From: Candidatus Woesebacteria bacterium GW2011_GWF1_31_35
GTDB taxonomy: Bacteria > Patescibacteriota > Microgenomatia > UBA8517
Assembly: GCA_001029755.1 (NCBI GenBank)
Contig: CP011214.1
Coordinates: 493,767 to 557,766 of the forward strand
Reading direction: 5' to 3'
DNA length: 64,000 nucleotides
A model generated the notes under the pieces. That model was not told where the DNA came from. It did not search any database and was given only the letters and a program-made list of their open reading frames with translations. Shown one piece after another: positions 46,717 to 56,573 of the stretch. A program made the position numbers and the translations under genes. Positions within the stretch are counted from its first letter, which is position 1, and each line of letters starts with the position of its first letter.

Positions 46717-47622
46717 TTACAGTGAGTTATTATATCGCGATCTTTTAATTTCAGCAATGGCTACACCAATAGTAATAATAATTGCACCAACAATGAAAGT
46801 AGGTGTAATTTTTTCTCCCAACCAAAGAACAGCAATAGGAAGAGATAAAACAGGGTAGAGGTAAGCAAAAAGTGACTGTTCTCCTATTTCAATTGTTTTT
46901 TGAGCTTTGTTAGAGAGAAAATATGCAAGACTTCCGGATATTATGGCCATATAGAAAACTCCTAAATGGTAGTTAAAATTAACTGAGAGAAATGATTTTT
47001 GAGACGTAAGGAAAACAAACGGTAAAAATGATAAAAACCCTATTATGAATGAAAAATTAGTTAACGTTAAAGGGTTAACACCATTTTTAAGTAACTTTTT
47101 AGTAATAACTGCAACTACTACAGTTGCTATTACGTATCCTAAAATCAAAAGGTTACCTGAAAACTTTAAATATTCGTGCCCTCTTTGAATTATTGGTTCA
47201 ATTACGGTTAAGATTGTTCCAATAACAGCAATTCCCATTCCTATTTTTTCTCGTTTTGTTACTTTTTCGTTTAAAAATACAACTCCGGCCATGGATATAA
47301 TTAAAGGACTTGCTAATGAGATTAAACTTGAATCAAGAACTGTAGTGTCATTAAGACCAAAAAATAAAAGCCCTAAAGATACAGTTGATGTCAAAAAACC
47401 ACAGAAAAGCATGAGCCAAAAAGTTTTTTTATCAGTTGGAAGATGTAATCCAAAAACTGCAAAAGATATTAATGCAATAATTGTTGATATTCCAAATCTA
47501 TAAGTTAGAAAAACTATTGGAGAAAAACCACCTAATGTATATTTAATAATAGGACTGGCAACACCCCAAATGACAGCAACAATAAGAAGCATTAAATAGG
47601 CACGGGTTCTGGCAGAGTTCAT
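46717..47622 (-). CDS. EamA/DMT family transporter
   Basis: About 10 TMs in two repeats, IWG, FLNEK, LGEK. Confidence 0.9.
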   Translation of the reverse strand: MNSARTRAYLMLLIVAVIWGVASPIIKYTLGGFSPIVFLTYRFGISTIIALISFAVFGLHLPTDKKTFWLMLFCGFLTSTVSLGLLFFGLNDTTVLDSSLISLASPLIISMAGVVFLNEKVTKREKIGMGIAVIGTILTVIEPIIQRGHEYLKFSGNLLILGYVIATVVVAVITKKLLKNGVNPLTLTNFSFIIGFLSFLPFVFLTSQKSFLSVNFNYHLGVFYMAIISGSLAYFLSNKAQKTIEIGEQSLFAYLYPVLSLPIAVLWLGEKITPTFIVGAIIITIGVAIAEIKRSRYNNSL

Positions 47623-48491
47623 TATTGTAATTCGACTATTCTATCTATACCGAACGAAAAACCAACGGCAGGAATTTTTCTTCCTGCAAACATTCCGATT
47701 AAATTATCATATCTTCCACCGCCACCAATTGATAAATCATTAGGATTTCCATTTAATTTCATTTCAAAAACTGTTGATGTGTAGTAATCCAAGCCTCTTG
47801 CCAGTGTAGAATCGAAGTAAAAATCAACATTTTCCTTTAATTTATATTCACTTTCCAATATTTTAAATATTTTAAGTAAATTTTCTGTAGGCTTTGTTTT
47901 TTCAATAAAATTTAATAAATTTTGAGGCATTTTATCTTTTCCGATTTTATGCATTTTGTCGATTAATCTAATATCTTCAACTTTTAATTCTTTAAAATTA
48001 TTTCTGTCATTTATTGCAAGTTTAGCTTTTGAAAAACCTATTGCTCGAAAACCTTCAATTGCTGTAGCAATTACTTTTGCATCATTTTCAATATTTTCGC
48101 TTCCAACAATATCAAAATCAAATTGTGTCAACTCTCTTGACCTTCCTTTTTGAGGTTTTTCACCTCTAAAAACTTGACCTATTTGATATCTTGAAAAAGT
48201 AGGGGAAAGAAGGCCTAAGTTATTTGCTACAAATCTAGCTAATGGAACAGTTAAATCATATCTTAACGCTAATTTTCTTCTTCCCTTGTCTTCAAATTGA
48301 TAAACCAATTTTTCTTCTTCACCATATTTCCCTAAAAGTGTTTCTGCAAATTCAACAATTGGAGTTTCTAAAGGTTCAAACCCATATTTTTCTAATACAA
48401 GACTAATGGAATTAATATAAGTTCTTTTCCTTTTTTCAACTTCAGGAAAAATATCGTTAAAACCCTTAGGTGTTACTGGACCTTTCTGCAT
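47622..48491 (-). CDS. hisS: Histidyl-tRNA synthetase catalytic domain only
   Basis: PKGFND, LRYDLTVPLAR, FRGEKPQKGR, RGLDYYT, GGGRYD, GFSFGIDR then stop. Confidence 0.82.
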   Translation of the reverse strand: MQKGPVTPKGFNDIFPEVEKRKRTYINSISLVLEKYGFEPLETPIVEFAETLLGKYGEEEKLVYQFEDKGRRKLALRYDLTVPLARFVANNLGLLSPTFSRYQIGQVFRGEKPQKGRSRELTQFDFDIVGSENIENDAKVIATAIEGFRAIGFSKAKLAINDRNNFKELKVEDIRLIDKMHKIGKDKMPQNLLNFIEKTKPTENLLKIFKILESEYKLKENVDFYFDSTLARGLDYYTSTVFEMKLNGNPNDLSIGGGGRYDNLIGMFAGRKIPAVGFSFGIDRIVELQ

Positions 48492-48495
48492 AATT

Positions 48496-49395
48496 TTATT
48501 CTACAGGAGTAAAGATACTTCTTAAAGAGTATGTTTCGGAAATTATATTACCAGCAACAATTATTGTTTGACCCTCATTTAAATCAAAAACATCAGGTCC
48601 ACTCCAAGTTTTAGGTAAGATAATCTCTAAAGTTTCTCCATCATTTTTAATTAAAGTCAATTTCTTTTTTGTAACTTCTGAGATTTTTCCCCATACAATT
48701 TCTTTTTTATCATCCATTAATTCACTTGTAATCAATATCCTTTTGGCAGATAGAACTTTATTGCCATTAAGAAGTCCCATTGCAACAATATAATCTCCAA
48801 TTGCAAGGTCAGTTGCTTTAACTACAGCTGATTTTTTTAAAACGTTTATATAAGTTGTATCATCGGCAGTTCCTGCTTGAAGAATTTCACCGTTTATTGC
48901 CTTTATTTGAATTGTTCCACCCGAAATATCAGTAACTGTTCCAACATATGCTTTGGATTTTTTGGTTGGATCTACATATTTTTCAAATTCTTCAGAATAA
49001 ATTATTTTAATTTTAGTTTCAGCCAAATCTCCTTTGGAATCAAAACTAACAGCTTTTATTTCAGAAAACCCAACTGGAAGTTTAACTTCTAATTCAAACG
49101 ATCCATTCTCTTTTGCCTTTCCTAAAAAATCATTGTCGGTTGTTGAGATAACAACATTTGAAAGAGATTTTGTCATTCCATTAACAATTTTTGGACTTTC
49201 AGTGATTACGTCAAAATCAGACATATTTGCAATTGTAAGTATCAAATTTTGTTTAGGGGTAGTAACTGGAGTTTCAAGGGTTTCAGATTCTTGAGTATTT
49301 TTTTTAATAGAAGAAGTTGCTTTCCATATCCCAAAAGCAGTAATTAAACCAATAGAAATTCCTGCAAATATGGCTAAAGCTGTTTCTTTTCTCAT
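48496..49395 (-). CDS. Membrane-anchored beta-rich hypothetical protein (Ig-like plus OB-like repeats)
   Basis: N-terminal TM; GTVTDI..DLAIGDYIVAMG-type repeats. Confidence 0.65.
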   Translation of the reverse strand: MRKETALAIFAGISIGLITAFGIWKATSSIKKNTQESETLETPVTTPKQNLILTIANMSDFDVITESPKIVNGMTKSLSNVVISTTDNDFLGKAKENGSFELEVKLPVGFSEIKAVSFDSKGDLAETKIKIIYSEEFEKYVDPTKKSKAYVGTVTDISGGTIQIKAINGEILQAGTADDTTYINVLKKSAVVKATDLAIGDYIVAMGLLNGNKVLSAKRILITSELMDDKKEIVWGKISEVTKKKLTLIKNDGETLEIILPKTWSGPDVFDLNEGQTIIVAGNIISETYSLRSIFTPVE

Positions 49396-49487
49396 TTTAT
49401 TTTAAATAAAAATACTTAGAGAGCTAATATAAGCGTAAAAGTGTCCTCTTGTCAAGCCAACATAAAATATATAGAATGGCATTACCT

Positions 49488-49985
49488 ATGGATATAACTT
49501 TTATTTCAGGCCAAACATTCAAAATTAAAGGTAGAACTGGTATTACTTTAACAGATCCAATTGGTCCAACAATAGAATCTTTAAATGGAGAAAAAAAGAC
49601 GTTTACAGGGCCGGGAGAATATGAAGTTTCTGGAATTTCAATAATTGGAATTTCAACAGATGATGGAACTTTATTTATTTATGAAGTGGACGGCTTAAGA
49701 ATTTGCCATGTTGGAAACTTAAAGAAAAAACTTCCAGAAAACAAATTATCATTTATTGGTGATATCGATATATTGTTAACTTCTATAGGACCTGAAACTA
49801 TTGAAATAATTCAACAAATAGAAAGTTATTATGTAATTCCATTTGATTATGAATCACAAGAACAACTTGATAAATTCTTAAAAGATAGTGGATTAACTGT
49901 AGAAAAAATGTCTAAATTTAGCCTTAAAAAAGAAGAAATAATTGAAGAGTCCTCTGCTCAAGTTATTGTCCTAGAGAAAAATTAA
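49488..49985 (+). CDS. Metallo-beta-lactamase-fold protein, degenerate
   Basis: FKIKG..LTDP, GPGEYEVSG, ICHVG; HxHxDH motif absent. Confidence 0.7.
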   Translation: MDITFISGQTFKIKGRTGITLTDPIGPTIESLNGEKKTFTGPGEYEVSGISIIGISTDDGTLFIYEVDGLRICHVGNLKKKLPENKLSFIGDIDILLTSIGPETIEIIQQIESYYVIPFDYESQEQLDKFLKDSGLTVEKMSKFSLKKEEIIEESSAQVIVLEKN

Positions 49986-52588
49986 TGGCAGACATAAATC
50001 AAGTTAGAGTACCTCCGCACTCTGCCGAAGCCGAAGGAAGCGTCCTCGGAGCTCTTCTATTGGATAAAGATGCTGTTATAGCTGTTGCTGAATTTTTACT
50101 ACCTGAGGATTTTTACGATGAACGCAACAAAGAAATATATGAAGCAATGCTTACTTTATATGAAGAAAGAGTTCCAGTTGATGTTTTAACAGTAACTGAA
50201 AAATTAAAAAAGAATAAGAATTTAAAAAAAATAGGTGGTGCATCATATTTAACAGATATTGCCAATAAAGTTCCAACTGCAGCTCATGTTGAGCATTATG
50301 GAAAAATAGTTAAAGATTCTTCAGTTAAAAGAGCTTTAATGAAAGCTGCAAGTAGACTTGTTGATTTTTCAATGGATGAGGGAATGTCATCGGGAGATCT
50401 TTTGGATAGGGCAGAATCAGAAGTTTTCTCTTTAACTCAGAAACATCTAACTAAAGCCTTTACTTCTGTAAGAGATACTTTGGCTGAAAGTTTCGATAGA
50501 TTAGATGAACTTCATAAACAGGGAGAGGGTTTAAGGGGGGTATCAACTGGCTTTGAAGATCTTGATAATGCTTTAGCGGGAATGCAAAAATCGAATCTTT
50601 TAATATTAGCAGCTAGGCCGTCTGTTGGTAAAACTTCATTGGCATTAAACATTGCTCAACATGCAGCTGTAACTGATAAACGATCAGTTGGTTTTTTCTC
50701 ACTTGAAATGAGCAAAGAGGAATTAGTAGATAGACTTTTAGTTGCTCAAGCTGATATTGATGCTTGGAGATTAAAAACAGGAAAATTAACAGAAGAAGAT
50801 TTTACTAAACTATCAAATGCAATGGGAGAGTTAGCCGAAGCGCCTCTTTACATTGATGACACCCCAGCTCTTTCTATATTAGAGATGAGAACAAAAGCAA
50901 GAAGACTTCAGGTTGAACATGGGCTTGACCTTTTGGTTGTTGATTATCTTCAACTTGCAAGAAGTAGAAACTTGGAGAATAGGGTTCAGGAAGTTTCTGA
51001 AATTTCACAAGGACTTAAAAACTTAGCAAGAGAACTTAAAGTTCCAGTTTTAGCTCTATCTCAACTTTCAAGAGGTGTAGAATCAAGGGGAGTAAAAAAG
51101 CCCCAATTATCGGATTTGAGAGAGAGTGGATGTCTTTTGGGGGATACTTTAATAACTCTTTATAAATCAGGCGAAAGAGTCAGAATGGATTCATTAGTTG
51201 GAAAGACAAATTTCAAAGTTTTGGGTATGAATGATAATTTTGAGATTGTACCAGTAACTGTTTCAAAAGTTTTTGAAAGTGGCAAGAAATTATCTTATAA
51301 ATTAATACTTAAAAGTGGGAGAATCGTCTTTGCATCGGGAAATCATCCTTTTTACAAACTTACGGGTTGGGAAAGACTTGATAAACTTAAAGTTAAAGAT
51401 AACATTGCTGTTCCTAGAAAAATTATTAATAAGATAAACTTAAAATCTGCACTTTCTGATTCACGCCTGATTTTACTTGCTCATTTAATTGGCGATGGAT
51501 GCTTTGTTAAAAGACAACCTTTACATTATACAAATTCAGAAATGAAACTTATTAAGATTGTAGAGAAGTCTGCATTAAAGGAATTTAATATAGTTCCTAG
51601 AATTATTAAACAAGAAAATTGGTACCATATCTATCTTTCTTCTAAAGAAAAATTAGCAAGGGGAAGAAGAAACCCAATTGTTAAGTGGTTGGATGAGGAA
51701 TTAAATATTTATGGACAAAGATCAAGAGAAAAAATCATTCCAGATATTGTTTTCCAACAAAATGACAAAAAAATATCATTATTTCTAAAACATTTATGGT
51801 CAACTGATGGATGTATTTATGTTTATAAAGGAAAAGATAAGAGAAAAGTTACTCTTTATTACGCTTCGGGAAGTAGAATATTAGCTGAACATGTATCACA
51901 TTTACTCTTAAGACTTGGAATTATTTCAACGATAACTACTTCAAAAAAGAAAGGTTATGAAGATATATATAATGTTCAAATTCAAGGTAAAGAAAATCAA
52001 ATCAAGTTTATTAGAAAAATAAATTTTGTCGGTATAAAGGCTAATAAATCAATAGAAGCACTTTTATTTTTAAAAAGAATTAAATCAAACCCAAATAATG
52101 ATGTAATTCCAAAAGAAATTTGGGAATATATTGAAAGTATTAGAAGAGAAGAGTGTTTAACAACAAGGGAATTTCATAAAAAAATGGGTTGGGCATATAG
52201 TGGAACACAAAGACATGGAAATGGTGTAGGAAGAGAAAGATTAGATAAAATTGCAAAAATATTAGAGGATAAATATTTATCAAATTTAGCAAACTCAGAT
52301 TTATACTGGGATGAAATAGCAAGTATTGAAAAAATTGGAATTAAAAAAGTATATGATCTGACCGTACCTAAATATTCAAATTTTGTTGCAAATGACATAT
52401 TAGTTCATAACAGTATAGAGCAAGACTCTGACGTCGTTATGTTTTTATGGCGCGAAGATGATGAAAAGATTGAAAATATTAGACTTGATGTTGCAAAACA
52501 CAGGAATGGTCCTTTAGCTTCAGTTCCATTATTCTTTAAAGGAGACAGAATAAAGTTCTATGCAAGAGATGTAAAAAGTGGGAAATAA
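49985..52588 (+). CDS. dnaB: Replicative DNA helicase DnaB (intein-containing)
   Basis: PPHSAEAE, AARPSVGKT, FSLEM, VDYLQL, LSQLSR, DLRESG|SIEQDSD, AKHRNGP. Confidence 0.97.
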   Translation: MADINQVRVPPHSAEAEGSVLGALLLDKDAVIAVAEFLLPEDFYDERNKEIYEAMLTLYEERVPVDVLTVTEKLKKNKNLKKIGGASYLTDIANKVPTAAHVEHYGKIVKDSSVKRALMKAASRLVDFSMDEGMSSGDLLDRAESEVFSLTQKHLTKAFTSVRDTLAESFDRLDELHKQGEGLRGVSTGFEDLDNALAGMQKSNLLILAARPSVGKTSLALNIAQHAAVTDKRSVGFFSLEMSKEELVDRLLVAQADIDAWRLKTGKLTEEDFTKLSNAMGELAEAPLYIDDTPALSILEMRTKARRLQVEHGLDLLVVDYLQLARSRNLENRVQEVSEISQGLKNLARELKVPVLALSQLSRGVESRGVKKPQLSDLRESGCLLGDTLITLYKSGERVRMDSLVGKTNFKVLGMNDNFEIVPVTVSKVFESGKKLSYKLILKSGRIVFASGNHPFYKLTGWERLDKLKVKDNIAVPRKIINKINLKSALSDSRLILLAHLIGDGCFVKRQPLHYTNSEMKLIKIVEKSALKEFNIVPRIIKQENWYHIYLSSKEKLARGRRNPIVKWLDEELNIYGQRSREKIIPDIVFQQNDKKISLFLKHLWSTDGCIYVYKGKDKRKVTLYYASGSRILAEHVSHLLLRLGIISTITTSKKKGYEDIYNVQIQGKENQIKFIRKINFVGIKANKSIEALLFLKRIKSNPNNDVIPKEIWEYIESIRREECLTTREFHKKMGWAYSGTQRHGNGVGRERLDKIAKILEDKYLSNLANSDLYWDEIASIEKIGIKKVYDLTVPKYSNFVANDILVHNSIEQDSDVVMFLWREDDEKIENIRLDVAKHRNGPLASVPLFFKGDRIKFYARDVKSGK
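51131..52411 (+). mobile_element. Intein with LAGLIDADG homing endonuclease (427 aa)
   Basis: Starts CLLGDT after RESG, block B ASGNHPF, LLAHLIGDG and FLKHLWSTDG, ends VYDLTV..NFVANDILVHN before +1 Ser. Confidence 0.96.
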
Positions 52589-52606
52589 ATAAAGATTGTA
52601 ATTTAT

Positions 52607-52801
52607 ATGGATAAAGAGAGACAAGGTAATAATCAGACGGAGCTCAAAGTACCAATAGAGGTCAACAAAAAAATTCATCAGACCCACTTTCCAGTTTCGA
52701 AAGTACAATTACAAAATGAGGATTTTGATAGTGGTTACGAATGGATAAAATCAGGTATTGGGCGTTTGAAACGTGTACCCAAGAAAACGGAAAATACCTA
52801 A
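52607..52801 (+). CDS. Small hypothetical protein
   Basis: 64-aa ATG ORF after dnaB. Confidence 0.45.
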   Translation: MDKERQGNNQTELKVPIEVNKKIHQTHFPVSKVQLQNEDFDSGYEWIKSGIGRLKRVPKKTENT

Positions 52802-52925
52802 TTCACTACCTGTGCCGAGGGGGGGTATTCAAATCGAACACTCTCGACAGGCTTAATTCTACATCAACCGAAACTCTAGCCTCACAAACAGAAACTCTAA
52901 ATTCATATTTAGTTACGGGAGCAAT

Positions 52926-53300
52926 TTACTCCATCAAAAATTTTGTATTTTTGCAGGGAACGCCACATTTCATAAACTCGCCAGCTAAATTGGTGTTATA
53001 AATAAAAATGGGTGGGTTTTTTACCTCAATGACTTTGTTATCCGTGAGTTTAAAAATAATTCTACCATGAAGCGCTGCAACCTCAACCACGCGACCGTTC
53101 TTTAATAGCTTTATGCCTTGTCGATATTTAATCCAACTGGGAAAATAAACTAAAGCAAGAACAACTGAAATAACAGAAATTACTATTAATATTTCACTAA
53201 TATACTTGTGCAGTATTCTTGAATTAGTTCGAACGCATTTTGGCGAGGAGCCCCCCCGCGAAAACCGAACGACTTCGCCGGAAGATTTAACAATTTCCAA
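52926..53300 (-). CDS. Hypothetical single-TM protein (start uncertain)
   Basis: Central TM; 5' part overlaps a GC-rich hairpin. Confidence 0.45.
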   Translation of the reverse strand: MEIVKSSGEVVRFSRGGSSPKCVRTNSRILHKYISEILIVISVISVVLALVYFPSWIKYRQGIKLLKNGRVVEVAALHGRIIFKLTDNKVIEVKNPPIFIYNTNLAGEFMKCGVPCKNTKFLME

Positions 53301-53346
53301 TTTTCCTTTGGCGGAAAGAATTTATAAATTTATGCCAAACAAAACA

Positions 53347-53904
53347 CTAGCCAGGCAACCAACCAACTCTTATTTTCCTAAAGATAAGTTCGTCAACTGT
53401 TATATCAGAGTCATTACCATTCTCTTCGACAAAACGAACATCTTTCAAGATTACAGTTGTCGTGTAGTTTCTGTTCCACGCTGATTGAGATTCGTCAATT
53501 TTCGAAATAGAGATAATTGCCTTTCCGGTTTTTCCAATCAATTTTTTAGATTTTGGTTGGTTGGGATCCACAGCATCATTGCAATACAACATTTTTATCT
53601 TATCTCCTATAAGAATCTCAACACTCAAACCATCCGTTTTCCCAATTTCAAAGGTTTTTTCCATGGTAGAAAGGTTAAGCTTTTCTTTTATTGCATACAC
53701 AGAAATACCAGCAGTATTGTTGCTGTTAATTTTGTAAACAAAGATATTGCTACAACCACCACCGATCTCTTGAAAAGAGATGGAGGCAGGCACTTTGGGA
53801 GTTGGAGAAAAGACGTTCGTTTTTCTTGCTACAAAAAAGTAGCCAAGTATTGCGACCAGACCAACGATAGCTATCAAGAGAGTTGTTTTTGTTGTTTTGT
53901 TCAT
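53347..53904 (-). CDS. Secreted/membrane-anchored hypothetical protein
   Basis: N-terminal TM, two Cys, ends VGWLPG. Confidence 0.75.
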   Translation of the reverse strand: MNKTTKTTLLIAIVGLVAILGYFFVARKTNVFSPTPKVPASISFQEIGGGCSNIFVYKINSNNTAGISVYAIKEKLNLSTMEKTFEIGKTDGLSVEILIGDKIKMLYCNDAVDPNQPKSKKLIGKTGKAIISISKIDESQSAWNRNYTTTVILKDVRFVEENGNDSDITVDELIFRKIRVGWLPG

Positions 53905-54025
53905 GTGATTAAAAAATTTTCTTTTCTTCTTTCAAAATCGCCAATTCGTTTTTGTCCCGAAAATTCAATACAAACTGTCCACCGAGCGAAGCGAGGCGAA
54001 CCCCTCTTGCTTGCAATTTCCTCAA

Positions 54026-54113
54026 TGGTGCCGAGGAGAGGAGTCGAACCTCCACGGGGTTTTATCCCCACAGGTTTTTGAGACCTGAGCGTCTGCCATT
54101 CCGCCACCTCGGC
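54026..54113 (-). tRNA. tRNA-Leu(CAA)
   Basis: Acceptor GCCGAGG/CCTCGGC-ACCA, anticodon loop CTCAAAA, long variable arm, GGTTCGACTCC. Confidence 0.95.
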
Positions 54114-54175
54114 GTAAAAAGATTGACTCTTATTGTATCATTGACACTTTTCTTTTCAAAGAATATATTAAAAAT

Positions 54176-54439
54176 ATGATAAAAAATAAATTAACAGAAA
54201 CAGAAAAACTTAGATTAAGGATGGATTATAAATTTTCGACGGTTGATGAAAAATTTGAAGAAGTTATTGAAAAAATTGAAGGTACTGATAAAAAAATTGA
54301 CAGAGTTTTAACTCAACTTGATTCAATGGCTGGACAATTTAAAAAATTTGATGAAGAGCTAATGATGCAGTCAGGTAGAATAACTATACATTCAGATCAA
54401 ATTAAAGAACTTCAGGGTGTAGTTTTCCCAAATGCGTGA
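54176..54439 (+). CDS. Small coiled-coil hypothetical protein
   Basis: Heptad-like sequence, similar in style to 19534..19788. Confidence 0.65.
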   Translation: MIKNKLTETEKLRLRMDYKFSTVDEKFEEVIEKIEGTDKKIDRVLTQLDSMAGQFKKFDEELMMQSGRITIHSDQIKELQGVVFPNA

Positions 54440-54454
54440 TAAAATAGCTTCATT

Positions 54455-55024
54455 ATGTCAACAATAAATGCAACAGCATTACGAGCAGGAATCGCTTTTT
54501 TATATGAAGGAAAACCTTTTAAAGTTATAAAATACTCTTTGATTAAAATGGGTAGGGGTGGAGCTACTGTAAGAGTTAATTGTAATAATCTTGAAAATGG
54601 AGCCAACATCGAACATGCATTTTCTTCTAATCTTTCTTTTGAACAAATAAGTTTAAGTAAGAAAAAATTACAATATCTTTATAAAGATCCTAATTTTGCA
54701 TATTTTATGGATTCTTTCTCATATGAACAAATTGAAATTCCATTATCGATTATTGGATCTGAACTTTTATATTTTAAAGAAGGAGAGGATGTTAATATCT
54801 TATTTTGGGATGAAAAACCAATGTCTTGTGAACTTCCACCAAAGGTAACACTAGAAGTAATAGAATGTGATCCAGGGGTTAAGGGAAATTCTGCGTCTAA
54901 TTTTTTGAAATCTGCAAAAATGGAAAATGGACTATTAACAAAAGTTCCACTATTTATTAAAGTTGGTGAAAAAATAAGAATAGATACAAGAAGCGGAGAT
55001 TATGTTGAAAGAGCTAAAGAGTAA
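54455..55024 (+). CDS. efp: Elongation factor P
   Basis: KMGRGGA tip, QYLYKD, YEQ, PGVKGNS, VPLFI..GE.I.IDTRSGDYVERA. Confidence 0.95.
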   Translation: MSTINATALRAGIAFLYEGKPFKVIKYSLIKMGRGGATVRVNCNNLENGANIEHAFSSNLSFEQISLSKKKLQYLYKDPNFAYFMDSFSYEQIEIPLSIIGSELLYFKEGEDVNILFWDEKPMSCELPPKVTLEVIECDPGVKGNSASNFLKSAKMENGLLTKVPLFIKVGEKIRIDTRSGDYVERAKE

Positions 55025-55038
55025 AGTAATTATCTAAA

Positions 55039-55503
55039 TTACTTCTGAAAAATCCAAAAAAGTGAGGCAATAACCGTAATTATTTGTGTAGTAAAACCTA
55101 GAGTGAAATTTGTATCTACCTGAATTGATTTTTGTAGTTTAATCCATTTACTTAAAAATATGTTTCTAACTCCCAAAAAGAAATATGGACCTTCCATAAT
55201 ATCTGGTAAAACTGAAGCAAAGGAACAAAGAAGAATATTTAGAGAAAGTAATGAATTGGGAAATTTACTATATGCTACAAAAAATCCTAATATTAAAGAA
55301 ATAACTACATCAATAGTTACGATAATTGTAGATTTTTTAGTAGGTTTCCCATATTTTTCTGTCTCAGTATTTAGATGTGGGTTCCAATGGGGGATTCTTT
55401 CTAAAAGAAAGTGACTAGCAAAAGCTAAAGGAACCGCAATCCATGGATTTGGAATCTTTGTTGCAATTGCAATCCCTAGGGCTACATGTGGTGTTTCAAG
55501 CAT
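55039..55503 (-). CDS. Membrane protein, metal-dependent hydrolase-like
   Basis: TPH..G, SHFLLE.IPH, LPD motifs with TMs. Confidence 0.6.
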   Translation of the reverse strand: MLETPHVALGIAIATKIPNPWIAVPLAFASHFLLERIPHWNPHLNTETEKYGKPTKKSTIIVTIDVVISLILGFFVAYSKFPNSLLSLNILLCSFASVLPDIMEGPYFFLGVRNIFLSKWIKLQKSIQVDTNFTLGFTTQIITVIASLFWIFQK

Positions 55504-55530
55504 GTTACTTAATATGATATTATCAACATT

Positions 55531-56124
55531 ATGGTAATAGCAAATATCTTGGGGATTTTAATCTTTTTATTCTTACTTTGGAAGAAGCTTAAAGAAGACT
55601 ATTCCTATGAAAGAATATTTAATTTAGCCACACTAATTTTAATAGGTTTATTAGTAGGTTTTTTAATTTCAAAAAAAGTTTTGCCTGAGTTTTGGTTTTT
55701 TCTGGAACTAATTGGGGTTGGAATTGGATTCGTAATAGGGGTTATAAAGTTTAAATTAAATTTTTTTGAAACATTCGAAGGGGTTGTAATTGGATTTTTA
55801 CCCTTGCTTACATTATTTTTCCTTTCTGATTCTATTAAAAACTCTAGTCTTTCATCCTTTTTAGCTTTTTGGTTATCTTTGATTTGCATCTTTTTATTCT
55901 TTCTAGTGGATACTTATTATCGAAGTTTTTCTTGGTATAAATCAGGTAGAGTAGGTTTTTCTGGTGTTTTTATAGCAGGATTATTTTTTTTAATCCGTGC
56001 ATTGATTTCTATATTTTTTCCAGATGTGATATCCTTATCAGGTAATTTTGAAGGTTATATTTCAGGTACTTTAGCTTTTATACTTTTCTTGTTATTATTT
56101 AACTTATCAAGGAGTGAAAAATGA
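55531..56124 (+). CDS. Multi-pass membrane protein
   Basis: Multiple TMs, WYKSGRVGF motif. Confidence 0.65.
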   Translation: MVIANILGILIFLFLLWKKLKEDYSYERIFNLATLILIGLLVGFLISKKVLPEFWFFLELIGVGIGFVIGVIKFKLNFFETFEGVVIGFLPLLTLFFLSDSIKNSSLSSFLAFWLSLICIFLFFLVDTYYRSFSWYKSGRVGFSGVFIAGLFFLIRALISIFFPDVISLSGNFEGYISGTLAFILFLLLFNLSRSEK

Positions 56125-56519
56125 GTACAAAACAAAATAAAAATATTAAAGATCATCAAGTACGTTTTCCTGCGAATTTATTAAGACCTGTTTCTGATTT
56201 TTTAGTTCTTCAACTTAAAAATTTAAAAATAAACAAGAGTAAAATTTCTTCAGAAGACCCTTTTAAAGATAAATCAAGAGTCTTGGATAATGCTGCTACA
56301 GACACTGAAGCTGAAGAACAATTTGGTCATGCAAGAGTTTCTGCAATTAAAGAAGAACTAAACAGAAAGTCAGATCAAATTAAAAAGGCTTTAAAAAGAG
56401 TTAAACAGGGTAAGTATGGAATTTGTGAAGATTGTGGAAAAATGATTGATACAGATAGATTGGGAGCATATCCTGAAGCTACGATGTGTATTGATTGCGA
56501 GAAGAAAAGAGAAAAATAA
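56121..56519 (+). CDS. TraR/DksA C4 zinc-finger protein
   Basis: AL.R...GKYGICEDCG..I...RL...PEA.MCIDC. Confidence 0.92.
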   Translation: MSTKQNKNIKDHQVRFPANLLRPVSDFLVLQLKNLKINKSKISSEDPFKDKSRVLDNAATDTEAEEQFGHARVSAIKEELNRKSDQIKKALKRVKQGKYGICEDCGKMIDTDRLGAYPEATMCIDCEKKREK

Positions 56520-56573
56520 AATATAGATTTACTTCACATAGTAAGTAAAGTAAAGTAAAATACTTCGTAATAC

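Noticed and set aside
53485-54107. ORFs 53485..54081 (+) and 53901..54107 (-)
   Set aside because: Shadows of the 53347..53904 gene and tRNA-Leu.
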